A stretch of 64,000 nucleotides of DNA from IMG/VR virus record IMGVR_UViG_3300027419_000030, positions 5,062-69,061 of that record. The stretch is one strand, 5' to 3'. Position numbers and translations under genes: made by a program. Below the pieces are notes generated by a model. The model ran no database searches and had not been told where the DNA came from. It worked only from the letters and a program-made list of their open reading frames with translations. Of the stretch, positions 47,634 through 57,085 are shown piece after piece. The stretch comes from a virus. Its lineage: Duplodnaviria; Caudoviricetes. Each line of letters opens with the position of its first letter. Position 1 is the first letter of the stretch.

Positions 47634-50624
47634 ATGGCCGACAATACTACTGAAGACGCTAAAGTATTTAAAAATAACGGTAAAATTTCTATTCCTAAGC
47701 AGTTGAGAGACTTTTCAGGCGCAAGATTTATTCTAATAGACAAAATCGAAGGGAAAGGAAAGAAACCAAAACAGAGAAAATGGACAACAGAGAAAAACTA
47801 TCCAGCAACAGAAGCTATTTTGCTTGGGCACATTCGCGGAGGAGGAAACTATGGAATCGCGACGGGTTTAGGATGGTTGCACTGCTTTGATGCGGATGAA
47901 TACGAAAGACTGAAGGAACTTGGAATAATAGCAAAGCTGCCACAGACACTAACAATAAGAACAGGCAGAACTAGCAGCGAAGGAAGGCATTACTGGTACT
48001 TAATAGAAGGAATGCAGAAGAGAATCGTGTTTTTTGACCAGGAATTAAGAGATCCAGACAATGAAGAAGAATTCTTGCACCTAGGAGAAGTGCAATCAAA
48101 AGGAAACTACGCAATTGGACCAAACAGCATACACATTTCAGGAAAAAAGTATGAAATAATAGACGATTCACCAATTGCTACATTGAAATATGAAGATTTA
48201 ATAGAAATACTAAAACCACTGAGGCTGAAAAAGAAAGACGACAGGCCAAAAGAGACTTACAGAAATGGATGTGAGCAACATTCACACAGCGAAGTAGACA
48301 TAGAAAGAGTTGCATGGCCTACGGGAGATGTACAAAAGAGAATAGGAACAAATGGAACAGAATTTGTAGGATCTCACCCGAAACACGGATCTAAAACGGG
48401 AAAAAACTTTTCTATAAACCCATCAAAGGGGATTTGGCACTGCTTTAGATGCGAATCTGGTGGAGGTTGGGTAGAGCTTCTTGCGGTAATGGAAGGAATA
48501 ATTTCTTGTGAACAGGCAGGAAAAAATTGCCTCTCAAAGAAACAGTACCGGGAAGTAATGCAAAGAGCGGAAGAATTGGGCTTAATAGAAGAAAATATAG
48601 TAGACGCGCCAATTGCAGAAGTACAAATGCCACGCGAAGAACTGGTTTCTATCCCTAGACGCGCACCTGACGGAGACATGGTTGTTTTAGTGGCTCCTCC
48701 GAGAACTGGGAAGACGCATAGCGTGGTACAGTGGCTTGCGGACGCAGGAAATGGGAACTACATAACTCATAATCACGCAATTGTAGAACACGCGATAAAA
48801 ATAGCAAAAGAATTGGGGATGCGAGGGGTAGTTTGGGTTATCGGAATGAACCAACCAGGAGCTTGCATCTATTCAGGAGAAAGGAAGTGTTCGGAATGTG
48901 CATTAAAGCATGGAAAAGACAATCACTTCGAGCTGATATCGGCAGCGACAAAGTTATTAAAAGAGAAAGAAGTTTTGACCGCAAAAGATATACCAAAAAA
49001 TTATTGTCCATATTACATATTAAAGATCGCTGAACAACATGCAAACTACTGCTTTACGGTAGTAAATAACATAAACTCTATAGTTCCAAGAAAAATGGTG
49101 ATTTTGGACGAAGAACCGACTTTGAGCCACTTTTATGCTACGTCGATAGAAATAGCATCGGTTAGAAACAGACCTGGGAAAAACAGAAGCGATAATTTCA
49201 TACTTCAATCAGATAAATTACAACATGAATTAAAAATGATATTAAAAGAAGGAAAAAAGAGAAATCTAAAAGAATATGCAGAAATTATAAATAAACTTTC
49301 TGAAATGATAGTAAGTTTAGAAGAAAACAATAATAATATAGACAACTTGGAGATAGAAATGGAAGGGTTGTTAAAAACATTTGAACCGAAACATCGAGAA
49401 GTGAGAGAGGAAGGGAATCAATCCGAAGGAGACGATTTGTCACTAGAAACATGTATAAGATGTCTTGGGCACTTATACAAGGAATGCCCGATCTCGATAG
49501 TAAACAAAGCGGGAGGATACAGATCTATTTACATTTTAGGGGATGAAAGAAAAACGAATTATGCAATGGATTGGCTAAAATTCACAGAAAAGGTAATAAT
49601 TATAGGAGCAACAAAGGCTGAACTATTTGCAAAAGAATTTGGTGGTAGAGTAATAGAAATAAAAGACTTCAGATACAATGATAGATTCATGATACTTGGG
49701 ATAGAAAAAGATAAAGGAATAGAAAGCGATAGCCGAGGAAAGAAGAAAGCAGAAAAGAAGAAAATATTAGAAATAATAAATGCTATATGGGAAAATTCGG
49801 AAAAGAATAAGAGAAATTCTTTATTGGTGCTAACGGGATCAAAAAGAGAACAAAGAAATGTGGTAGAAAGAATACAAGGCGCGACTGCAATCAGAAATGA
49901 AAGAGAAAATGGTATGCAGTGGGAAATGTTGAGTGGAAAACCACTGGTAATGTACCAAAACTCAGTGATTTCGAGAGGATTAGACGTAGACCAGATAAAT
50001 ACAATGATAGTATATGGATGCGATTTTGCACAACCGTTCTGGAAAGTAGCAGATCCAGGAATAGCATCAGCAATAATAAGTGATGAAACGACAAATTCTG
50101 TATTGAGAATATCATCAACGCTGAGAAATGACGAAAAGACACTGAAATTGGTAGTAATGCCGGAAAGCGATGTAAGAAAAGTAAAATACCTAAGCGATAA
50201 AACAAAAATAAACGAAAAGGCAGACACCGTAGCAAAAATGATAATAAAACTAGGAGTAAGTAGTAGGATAGAAAAAACAGGAAGGCTTGAGACAAAAATA
50301 ACATCGACGGGAATAGAAAGTTTTAGAGGTAAAGAGAAGTTTTATGAGATAAAATCGAGTGTGGGAGACATGGTAGATGATAAAGAAAAAGAGTCGGTGA
50401 TGGAGCAAATACTGAAGTTCATGAGAGATCAGAGAAGATGCAAGAAAAAAATGGTAAATAGCTCGAAAATCTTACACGAACTCGGAAAAAGATGCAGCAA
50501 GAATTTGGTAATATCTGCGATGCAAGAATTGTATGCAATGGGAGAGATACGAATGGAAACGCACGGGATGGAAAAGAAGTGGTCTCTGAAGGTGTCAAAA
50601 ATTGAGGATAATCGAAAAAGCTGA
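47634..50624 (+). CDS. Replication protein: bifunctional prim-pol + Zn-binding domain + divergent SF2-like helicase
   Basis: NYGIATG..HCFDAD, GRHYWY, GNYAIGPNSIH; HPKH...WHCFRCESGGG; APPRTGKT, LDEEP, SRGLD. Confidence 0.8.
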   Translation: MADNTTEDAKVFKNNGKISIPKQLRDFSGARFILIDKIEGKGKKPKQRKWTTEKNYPATEAILLGHIRGGGNYGIATGLGWLHCFDADEYERLKELGIIAKLPQTLTIRTGRTSSEGRHYWYLIEGMQKRIVFFDQELRDPDNEEEFLHLGEVQSKGNYAIGPNSIHISGKKYEIIDDSPIATLKYEDLIEILKPLRLKKKDDRPKETYRNGCEQHSHSEVDIERVAWPTGDVQKRIGTNGTEFVGSHPKHGSKTGKNFSINPSKGIWHCFRCESGGGWVELLAVMEGIISCEQAGKNCLSKKQYREVMQRAEELGLIEENIVDAPIAEVQMPREELVSIPRRAPDGDMVVLVAPPRTGKTHSVVQWLADAGNGNYITHNHAIVEHAIKIAKELGMRGVVWVIGMNQPGACIYSGERKCSECALKHGKDNHFELISAATKLLKEKEVLTAKDIPKNYCPYYILKIAEQHANYCFTVVNNINSIVPRKMVILDEEPTLSHFYATSIEIASVRNRPGKNRSDNFILQSDKLQHELKMILKEGKKRNLKEYAEIINKLSEMIVSLEENNNNIDNLEIEMEGLLKTFEPKHREVREEGNQSEGDDLSLETCIRCLGHLYKECPISIVNKAGGYRSIYILGDERKTNYAMDWLKFTEKVIIIGATKAELFAKEFGGRVIEIKDFRYNDRFMILGIEKDKGIESDSRGKKKAEKKKILEIINAIWENSEKNKRNSLLVLTGSKREQRNVVERIQGATAIRNERENGMQWEMLSGKPLVMYQNSVISRGLDVDQINTMIVYGCDFAQPFWKVADPGIASAIISDETTNSVLRISSTLRNDEKTLKLVVMPESDVRKVKYLSDKTKINEKADTVAKMIIKLGVSSRIEKTGRLETKITSTGIESFRGKEKFYEIKSSVGDMVDDKEKESVMEQILKFMRDQRRCKKKMVNSSKILHELGKRCSKNLVISAMQELYAMGEIRMETHGMEKKWSLKVSKIEDNRKS

Positions 50625-50664
50625 AGGACCGCTCTCGATTTTTATTCGAATTTTGTGTAGAAAT

Positions 50665-50843
50665 GAACCGATATGAGGAGGCATTTCTATTGGTAACGAT
50701 ATCGATTTTGATTATTCGACGTACCTTATAATTAGCAAGAGGGCGTGTACAAAAGTACACAAAATGAGTTTATCCCTTATAGTAGATAAATGCGAAAGGA
50801 ACCGATATCAAGAGGCATTTCTATTGGTAATGATATCGATTTT
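50665..50843. repeat. Two 45-bp direct repeats (50665-50709, 50799-50843; 42/45 identical)
   Basis: GAACCGATAT-N4-AGGCATTTCTATTGGTAA(C/T)GATATCGATTTT, immediately downstream of the prim-pol/helicase gene. Confidence 0.85.
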
Positions 50844-51002
50844 CAGTAACAGTCTAAAATCGCTATGCTGTGATGTAAAATTGCAAAATCGTTGTTGAAG
50901 CGAGGTACGAGGGAAAATGAAAAGTAGGAGGGGGATAATGATTTCACATACGAAGAATACAAATCGAGAAATGAACGGAAAGACGGGATGAGATAGCAGA
51001 AC

Positions 51003-51269
51003 ATGAATAGTGAAGGAATCTGTATGAGAAGACGTATTAGTAACGAAAATGGGAAAAACAGGAAAAGAAGAACGTTGGTAACATTTATACAAGAAATACA
51101 AAGAGAAGATATGAACAGCGTGTTTGTTTATGCTATACGGATAAAAAACGGTTACTACAGTATACTAAGCTTTCATGAAAAGACAGAAGAAAAGATAAAT
51201 ATACTAAAAGAATTACAGAAAGAATTAAAAAAACGAAAGTCTGATGTAATTATTTTGACGATGTTTTAA
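51003..51269 (+). CDS. Hypothetical protein
   Basis: ORF in putative origin region. Confidence 0.35.
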   Translation: MNSEGICMRRRISNENGKNRKRRTLVTFIQEIQREDMNSVFVYAIRIKNGYYSILSFHEKTEEKINILKELQKELKKRKSDVIILTMF

Positions 51270-51560
51270 ACTATTTTATTTTTCTTTGTTTTTAGAGTTT
51301 TTTTTTTATTTTTTAGTTTTTTAGGTTTTTTATGAGTTTTTTTGGGTTTGCTATAATAGGGGTAATAGGTGAGAAAAGAAAAAGAAGAAAGAAAGAAAAG
51401 AGAAAGGAAGATGAGAAGAAAGAAGAAAGAAAAGAAAGGATGAATAGAGAGGAGTTAGAGTAGGATAGAGAATGATGAAGGGGAGGGGGAGTATGTGGAT
51501 TATAGCGTACGAAAATGGTAAAAGTGAAATTTAATAGAAAATGAATGGAGTTGAATTGAA

Positions 51561-51767
51561 ATGAATGCAAATGCATTGGTTTTGGTGTGTGTAATACTTG
51601 TAGGAGCAGTAGGATGGATGGGATTAGACGAGGATTGCCAAAAGATAGAAAATGTAGGAAACATTGATGAAACACGCGTAATACATGAGGATTACGCGGT
51701 GGATGGATTGGAAATGCATGTAGAGTACATGAATCTGAGCAACGTAGTAGCAGATGAGGTGATTTAA
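51561..51767 (+). CDS. Small protein with N-terminal hydrophobic helix
   Basis: ALVLVCVILVGAVGW. Confidence 0.4.
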   Translation: MNANALVLVCVILVGAVGWMGLDEDCQKIENVGNIDETRVIHEDYAVDGLEMHVEYMNLSNVVADEVI

Positions 51768-51768
51768 G

Positions 51769-52035
51769 ATGATGAATCGTAGGGAAATGATAGACAGAAT
51801 GATAGCAACTTACATTACAGATTACGCGGAATTGCTTGAGTTAGCAAGGGATGAATCGAGAGAGGATTTCAGGATGATATGGAAGCATCAGGCGGAGATA
51901 TCTAAGGAGATCGTAGTAGCTCTGAGGAGACAGGATATTGATAGGGCGATTGGTCTGCTTGGGGAGTACAGGAGATGCAATAATGCGCTCGATATTTACT
52001 TATCGGACTGTATGATGGCGGGTGAGTTTCAGTAG
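51769..52035 (+). CDS. Hypothetical helical protein
   Basis: GAGGTGA RBS. Confidence 0.5.
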   Translation: MMNRREMIDRMIATYITDYAELLELARDESREDFRMIWKHQAEISKEIVVALRRQDIDRAIGLLGEYRRCNNALDIYLSDCMMAGEFQ

Positions 52036-52204
52036 CAGAAGAGGGTACTTTAATTGTAGGGCACTCTAGGGCCTCTTCCTGGCACTTGCCTTCCATAGTA
52101 GGCAAGTGTGAGGTAAGCCTGGTAAAAGCCTGGATTTCGTGGGATAGGCCCGGAAATCCGGGAAGTTAGTAAGGGACTTAGGATGAAACAAAAGGTGATT
52201 AGAA

Positions 52205-52555
52205 ATGGACAAGATTGTAGAGATTGAAAAGATTGCATGGAGTGAGCTAAGTGGAGGTGCTTGGCCTTCGCACAGTCAAGTAGTGAGATTTGCAGCATTG
52301 CGGATGATGCATGGAACGGTAAGAGTAGACAAGGATGGTAATCTGGCAGGAGAGCGAGATTTCGTCACTCATAGCCTGGTAGTAGCAATGGAATTATCTG
52401 AGGGGTTGAAGAAATCAACAAGAGAAGGACAGAAAAATAACATGAGTAGGGGCGCTCATGAGCAGTTTTTATGGCTCATGAACTACTCTGATCCATGTAG
52501 TTGGGGACTGGAAAACGGGAGATGGTGGAATGAAAATAGTGACTTAAAAGAATGA
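52205..52555 (+). CDS. Hypothetical protein
   Basis: AGGTGA RBS. Confidence 0.45.
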   Translation: MDKIVEIEKIAWSELSGGAWPSHSQVVRFAALRMMHGTVRVDKDGNLAGERDFVTHSLVVAMELSEGLKKSTREGQKNNMSRGAHEQFLWLMNYSDPCSWGLENGRWWNENSDLKE

Positions 52556-52711
52556 ATCGAGCAATGAAGGAAGGTGGGGAATCAAGGAGGCGGGTGGCCT
52601 ATTATAGCCACCAAACCAACCTCCCCAAAAAACCAAAAAAAAAAAAACATCATAAAAAAAAAAAATTAAGAAATAAATCAAAAAATAAAATAAAATAATA
52701 AGGTGAATTCA

Positions 52712-53290
52712 ATGGAACTTTCAAGAGAAACCAAGATAGTATTAATCACAATAGCAAGCATATCCGCTATAATTACCTTCGCAGTCCACGACTGCAAAGG
52801 CCAATTAAGCTCAAAAGAAATTGAAACCATGGGGTATTACACCAAAGGAAATTGCACCCTAATCAACGACATAGAACCATCAATCAATCATTCTCTAATC
52901 AAAAAAGTAAACAATCTACTAAACTCATATAAATACACCAAAGAATACCAAGAAAACATATTCGATTGCTCCGATCGAGCAGTAGTTTGTTTCAAACTAC
53001 TCCAAGCCGAAGGCTTGGAACCTAAATTAGCTTATAGATTCTCAAACAAAGGAGCGCATACATGGATCATAGCATTCGATAAATGGAAAAAAGGAATCTT
53101 CGTAGAATGTTGCTACACGGAAGACAACAAACTCGGAAAACTTGTAAATGGAAACTCGAAATACTTCGAGTATGACTCAGCATGGCTCATGGAGCCAAGC
53201 GAGTATGAAACATACTTCAAAGACATCGAAAAAACATCGCTTACGATGAATAGGAATAACGACTACATGAATTATATCGAACGACTTTAG
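52712..53290 (+). CDS. Membrane-anchored transglutaminase/papain-like cysteine protease
   Basis: N-terminal TM; FDCSDRA (Cys) and HTWI (His) motifs. Confidence 0.55.
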   Translation: MELSRETKIVLITIASISAIITFAVHDCKGQLSSKEIETMGYYTKGNCTLINDIEPSINHSLIKKVNNLLNSYKYTKEYQENIFDCSDRAVVCFKLLQAEGLEPKLAYRFSNKGAHTWIIAFDKWKKGIFVECCYTEDNKLGKLVNGNSKYFEYDSAWLMEPSEYETYFKDIEKTSLTMNRNNDYMNYIERL

Positions 53291-53319
53291 TTTTTTGAAA
53301 TTAAAAGGAGTTGATTAAA

Positions 53320-53652
53320 ATGGATATAAAAGAAAGCAATTTCAGAAATTTTAAAGGAAAAAATGGAATTAGTATCGCTAATTCTCAGCCAAAACCGGAA
53401 AAATATGAAGTATATAAGCCTCTTCAGCCTGGATGGAAACTTGTAAATGATTGGAAAGCAAGAATCATTAGTAACGAAGAATATGAAGTAATCTACAGAA
53501 AGCAAATTCTAGGAAAATTAAATAGAGAACAAGTAATGAAAGATTTAAATGGAAAAACATTACTTTGCTGGTGTACTGGATCTTTTTGTCATAGATTCAT
53601 AGTTCTAAGATGGTTAAATGAACATGAACCACACGCACTTTCAGGAGAATGA
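53320..53652 (+). CDS. DUF488/DUF4326-like protein
   Basis: YRKQIL...LNGKTLLCWC....CHRFIV. Confidence 0.6.
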   Translation: MDIKESNFRNFKGKNGISIANSQPKPEKYEVYKPLQPGWKLVNDWKARIISNEEYEVIYRKQILGKLNREQVMKDLNGKTLLCWCTGSFCHRFIVLRWLNEHEPHALSGE

Positions 53653-53704
53653 TAAAATCATCAGCGCCCCGCCAGCAGGCGAGGCACTTTAGGAGGTCGA
53701 TTGA

Positions 53705-54184
53705 ATGAAAATTGGTATAGTAGGCCACGGAAGCAATAAATTTGATTCAAGAACAACTCTAATAGCTAAAAATCTAATAAGAAAGATACTTTCTTCAAGC
53801 AAAGACAACATCTTAGTATCCGGTCACTCGCCAGTAGGAGGAATTGACATATGGAGTGAAGAAATAGCCAAAGAATTAAACCTAGAAATGGATATAAAAA
53901 CACCTAAACAAAACACTTGGAACGCAGAATATGGATACAAGCAACGAAACTTGGACATAGCACATAATTCAGACGAAGTACACGTAATCCTCGTATCAGA
54001 ATATCCAAAAGGATACAAAGGATTGCGTTTTAATGAATGCTATCATTGTGCGAAGCACAATGAAGCAAAGATAAGAAATCACATAAAATCGGGTGGTTGT
54101 TGGACCGGGTGGGAAGCAATAAAAGCAGGAAAACACGTATATTGGCATATCATCAGCGCCTCGCCAGCGGGCGAGGCGCTTTGA
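53705..54184 (+). CDS. SLOG-superfamily (YspA/DprA-like) nucleotide-binding protein
   Basis: IGIVGH, LVSGHSPVGGIDIWSEEIA, RNLDIAHNSD, GGCWT. Confidence 0.65.
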   Translation: MKIGIVGHGSNKFDSRTTLIAKNLIRKILSSSKDNILVSGHSPVGGIDIWSEEIAKELNLEMDIKTPKQNTWNAEYGYKQRNLDIAHNSDEVHVILVSEYPKGYKGLRFNECYHCAKHNEAKIRNHIKSGGCWTGWEAIKAGKHVYWHIISASPAGEAL

Positions 54185-54232
54185 AAAGCTTTCCGCACGC
54201 GAGCGGGGAGGGGGGGATAGGAGGTTTTAGAA

Positions 54233-54394
54233 ATGGTAAGAATTTTCGTAGAAAAGAGGACATATGACTATATTGCATACTTGGAAACGAAAAATAAATG
54301 GGAAGCAGGAAAAACCGAAGAAGAAACGATAGGAAAACTACTGATAACACGGCAAAAAGAACTAGGAATAGAATTAATATCAATTAAACGTTAG
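54233..54394 (+). CDS. Small hypothetical protein (53 aa)
   Basis: GGAGGT RBS; MVRIFVEKRTYDYIAYLE. Confidence 0.5.
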   Translation: MVRIFVEKRTYDYIAYLETKNKWEAGKTEEETIGKLLITRQKELGIELISIKR

Positions 54395-54446
54395 GAATCA
54401 AACAGCCTAGCCGCGCCTGTTGGCGCGGCTAGGCTTTAAGGAATCA

Positions 54447-54542
54447 AACGAACTACGCTTTTCTTAAAGCTTGCGGCGCTCGAAACGCGCCGTTCCTTCG
54501 GCTCTGATGAGCCTCAGCAAGCATTAAGAAGCGTAGTTCGTT
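54447..54542. other. Y-shaped (three-way junction) intergenic inverted-repeat structure
   Basis: Stem CGAACTACGC/GCGTAGTTCG + TTCTTAA/TTAAGAA + GCTTGC/GCAAGC capped by hairpins GGCGC-TCGAAAC-GCGCC and GGCTC-TGAT-GAGCC. Confidence 0.75.
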
Positions 54543-54639
54543 CGGTTGGAAGCAAAAAGAATAGAAATAAAAAAAGAAATAAGAAACTCGCGCCTGTTGG
54601 TGCGAGTTTCTAAAGGTAATTGTAAGGATGTGACTTAAA

Positions 54640-55152
54640 ATGGCTAAAGCAAGCAAGAAAGCAACTGAAATGAATTTGATCGACAACGTAGTAGAGGAAA
54701 GCAATGAAGAAATGAGAAAAGGAAGCATTTTCTTCATTATGGGAGCAAAACCGGAACAAGTAGTAATAACCGGAGCAGCTTTGAGAACTCAAACCTATAA
54801 AAAAGGTGATGCAAACGTAATTGATCTAAAGATCGTTACGGAAGACGAACGAGTACAAATAGCAACAATCCCGCAATTTGCAAAATTTGCATACAACGAC
54901 ACTGCTCGACTTCTAAAAAAGCATGGAGTAAAAATCACCGCCCGCTATCCAGCAGGTGTAAAAGCAGACCTTAAGATGTATAAATGGGTAGCTACGCCAG
55001 CAATTCCAATCGTAATTACTCCAAACGAATTCAACGACAGAATCTGGATCGGAAGAATCAAAGAAATTCCAATTCCAGTTGAAGCTCCACTAGGGGTAAA
55101 TCTCCTCGATGAAATCGAGGATGAAGTAAGCACCCAGGAGATCTCTGCATGA
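54640..55152 (+). CDS. Hypothetical protein
   Basis: Clean ORF after hairpin. Confidence 0.55.
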   Translation: MAKASKKATEMNLIDNVVEESNEEMRKGSIFFIMGAKPEQVVITGAALRTQTYKKGDANVIDLKIVTEDERVQIATIPQFAKFAYNDTARLLKKHGVKITARYPAGVKADLKMYKWVATPAIPIVITPNEFNDRIWIGRIKEIPIPVEAPLGVNLLDEIEDEVSTQEISA

Positions 55153-55478
55153 GCAGAGATCTCGTAGGAGAAATTGTAGAAGAACAAAGAAGAAACTACA
55201 ATCAATCTTTTTTACGACAACTAGGAACATCGGAAGAGCAATTAGAAGATGGATTCCTTAAAATTTATGAAACCTGTTGCTCATTCGAAAACCAGGAACT
55301 AGTAAAAATGGGCCAAAGAGGCTCAGTTTACACAGATGACGAAGCTTTTGAAGATAATTTCAACCATGCAAAATGGAAAAAAGAACAAATCTACGACGTA
55401 AAAAAGAACGAATACGACGTAGTAAGAGCCAGAAGAATATTCAACAGCATTCGCGCCCAGCAGGGCGCGAATGCTTAG
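55149..55478 (+). CDS. Hypothetical protein
   Basis: ATGA coupling; C-terminus encoded by a hairpin. Confidence 0.55.
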   Translation: MSRDLVGEIVEEQRRNYNQSFLRQLGTSEEQLEDGFLKIYETCCSFENQELVKMGQRGSVYTDDEAFEDNFNHAKWKKEQIYDVKKNEYDVVRARRIFNSIRAQQGANA

Positions 55479-55726
55479 GAGATTTTACATGTCAGCAAAT
55501 AAATGCTATATTGGTAGAAGAAATGGCACGAATGACAGAAGGAAAAATAATTAACGCATATAACATATTTGATATATGTGTAGACACATATCCAAAGTAT
55601 CAGGGATACAAATTAAATGAGTTACCATTTGCAAATTTAAAAGATGCAATAAAATTTGCACAATTACAATATTCAGAGTACGGAATACGATTCAAATGGA
55701 CACAAGTAAACAAGGAGGAATAAAGC

Positions 55727-55939
55727 ATGACGAAATCAGGAACAATGACAAATAAAAAAGCAAACAATACACTAAAAGAAAGTGCAAATTACATAGCATT
55801 CCTAAGAGCGAAACAGATAACAAAAGAAACACAGAAACAAAACACAAAAACAAAAATAGTAACACTACCAAAACGACCAGCAATACCAAAAAACCGAAGT
55901 GAACGAAGAGCAATGCACAAAAAACCAAAAGGAACATGA
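55727..55939 (+). CDS. Small basic protein
   Basis: GGAGG RBS. Confidence 0.4.
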   Translation: MTKSGTMTNKKANNTLKESANYIAFLRAKQITKETQKQNTKTKIVTLPKRPAIPKNRSERRAMHKKPKGT

Positions 55940-56085
55940 TAAAATAAGCTCGCGCCAACAGGCGCGAGCTTACATAATAATGACAATCATAAATCCGCCA
56001 GAGATCTACATAGGTGTTTGACGAATATTCCACCTAGAGATTCAGCTTTTTAAGAGTTTCTAGGTAATAATAGGAGGAATACAAA

Positions 56086-56337
56086 ATGAAAAACAACGAA
56101 GCATTAATCGCACTACGATGTTGGATAAAAGAAAAAGATACACCAATAATCGTAATAATAGCAAAAGATGGACGAACACTAGAAACAATAAAACACGAAA
56201 ACATTAAAACAGATGAAGACATAAACGGATTCAAAAATTTCAAATACAATGGAATAACAAAATACGACATAAGCATATCAGAAAAAGAATACAATGAAAG
56301 ATTCACAAAATTAGCAAAATTGCATGGAAATATATGA
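56086..56337 (+). CDS. Hypothetical protein
   Basis: GGAGG RBS. Confidence 0.45.
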   Translation: MKNNEALIALRCWIKEKDTPIIVIIAKDGRTLETIKHENIKTDEDINGFKNFKYNGITKYDISISEKEYNERFTKLAKLHGNI

Positions 56338-56615
56338 AAATACTACTACTTATAATTGCGTTCGCACTCGCAAGCGCGAACGCACAGAGCATAGATGTGA
56401 GCTTCAGCAGCAGCAATAGAGTAAACATAGACACATCAGAATTGCAATTAGATTACGATGATACATTATACATCAATGGAGAAATTTGGAACGGAAAAAA
56501 AACATGGATAGATCAAGAAGGTACATTTTTTAATGAAACTTGGTTGAACGAAAAACTGCACCAGAAAAAGATAGTATGGATAAACGGAACACAAGTGATA
56601 ACAATAGGAGACTAA
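56334..56615 (+). CDS. Secreted hypothetical protein
   Basis: Signal peptide MKILLLIIAFALASANA. Confidence 0.55.
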   Translation: MKILLLIIAFALASANAQSIDVSFSSSNRVNIDTSELQLDYDDTLYINGEIWNGKKTWIDQEGTFFNETWLNEKLHQKKIVWINGTQVITIGD

Positions 56616-56619
56616 AAAA

Positions 56620-57042
56620 ATGAAAGCAATATTGCATGTAGAAAAAAGCGTAGTACGCGGAGAAAAGAAAATACGAATAACAAAATTTGAAAACTTTCTA
56701 TCAGATAAAGAAACACCGATGAAATACCTAAAAGGATTCGACAAATGGCCAGAAACAGACGGACCAGCAATGGGAATGACAGATAAAAACACATTAGACA
56801 TATACATTCCAAAAAATGCATCCACAAAAATTCTGGAAAAATTCGAAGTAGAATTAAAAGAAAATCCAAAGAATCCAGGAATAAAACAAATTAGTATAGC
56901 AATTAGACAAGAAATAACAGAAGATGAACTAACAGAATTGCTTACATGGATGAAACACGCGGGAGCAAGATTAACAAAAATAAACAAAAAACTAGCAGAA
57001 GAAAATAGAGGATGGGAAGGACCAGAAACATTTGAAATTTAA
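56620..57042 (+). CDS. Hypothetical protein
   Basis: GGAG RBS. Confidence 0.5.
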   Translation: MKAILHVEKSVVRGEKKIRITKFENFLSDKETPMKYLKGFDKWPETDGPAMGMTDKNTLDIYIPKNASTKILEKFEVELKENPKNPGIKQISIAIRQEITEDELTELLTWMKHAGARLTKINKKLAEENRGWEGPETFEI

Positions 57043-57085
57043 ACTTTAAGCGCCCCGCGCAGCGGGGCGCTTCAGAGGTTTTACT

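Noticed and set aside
37053-50760. Numerous minus-strand Leu/Phe/Ser-rich ORFs
   Set aside because: Shadows of A-rich plus-strand genes; no RBS or motifs. The same applies to most short antisense ORFs elsewhere, e.g. 3571-4263.
54476-54515. Hammerhead ribozyme (contains GAAA and CTGATGA)
   Set aside because: Stems I and II cannot be formed adjacent to the core in canonical register; both motifs instead sit in loops or stems of two strong hairpins. A covariance search would be needed to revive the idea.
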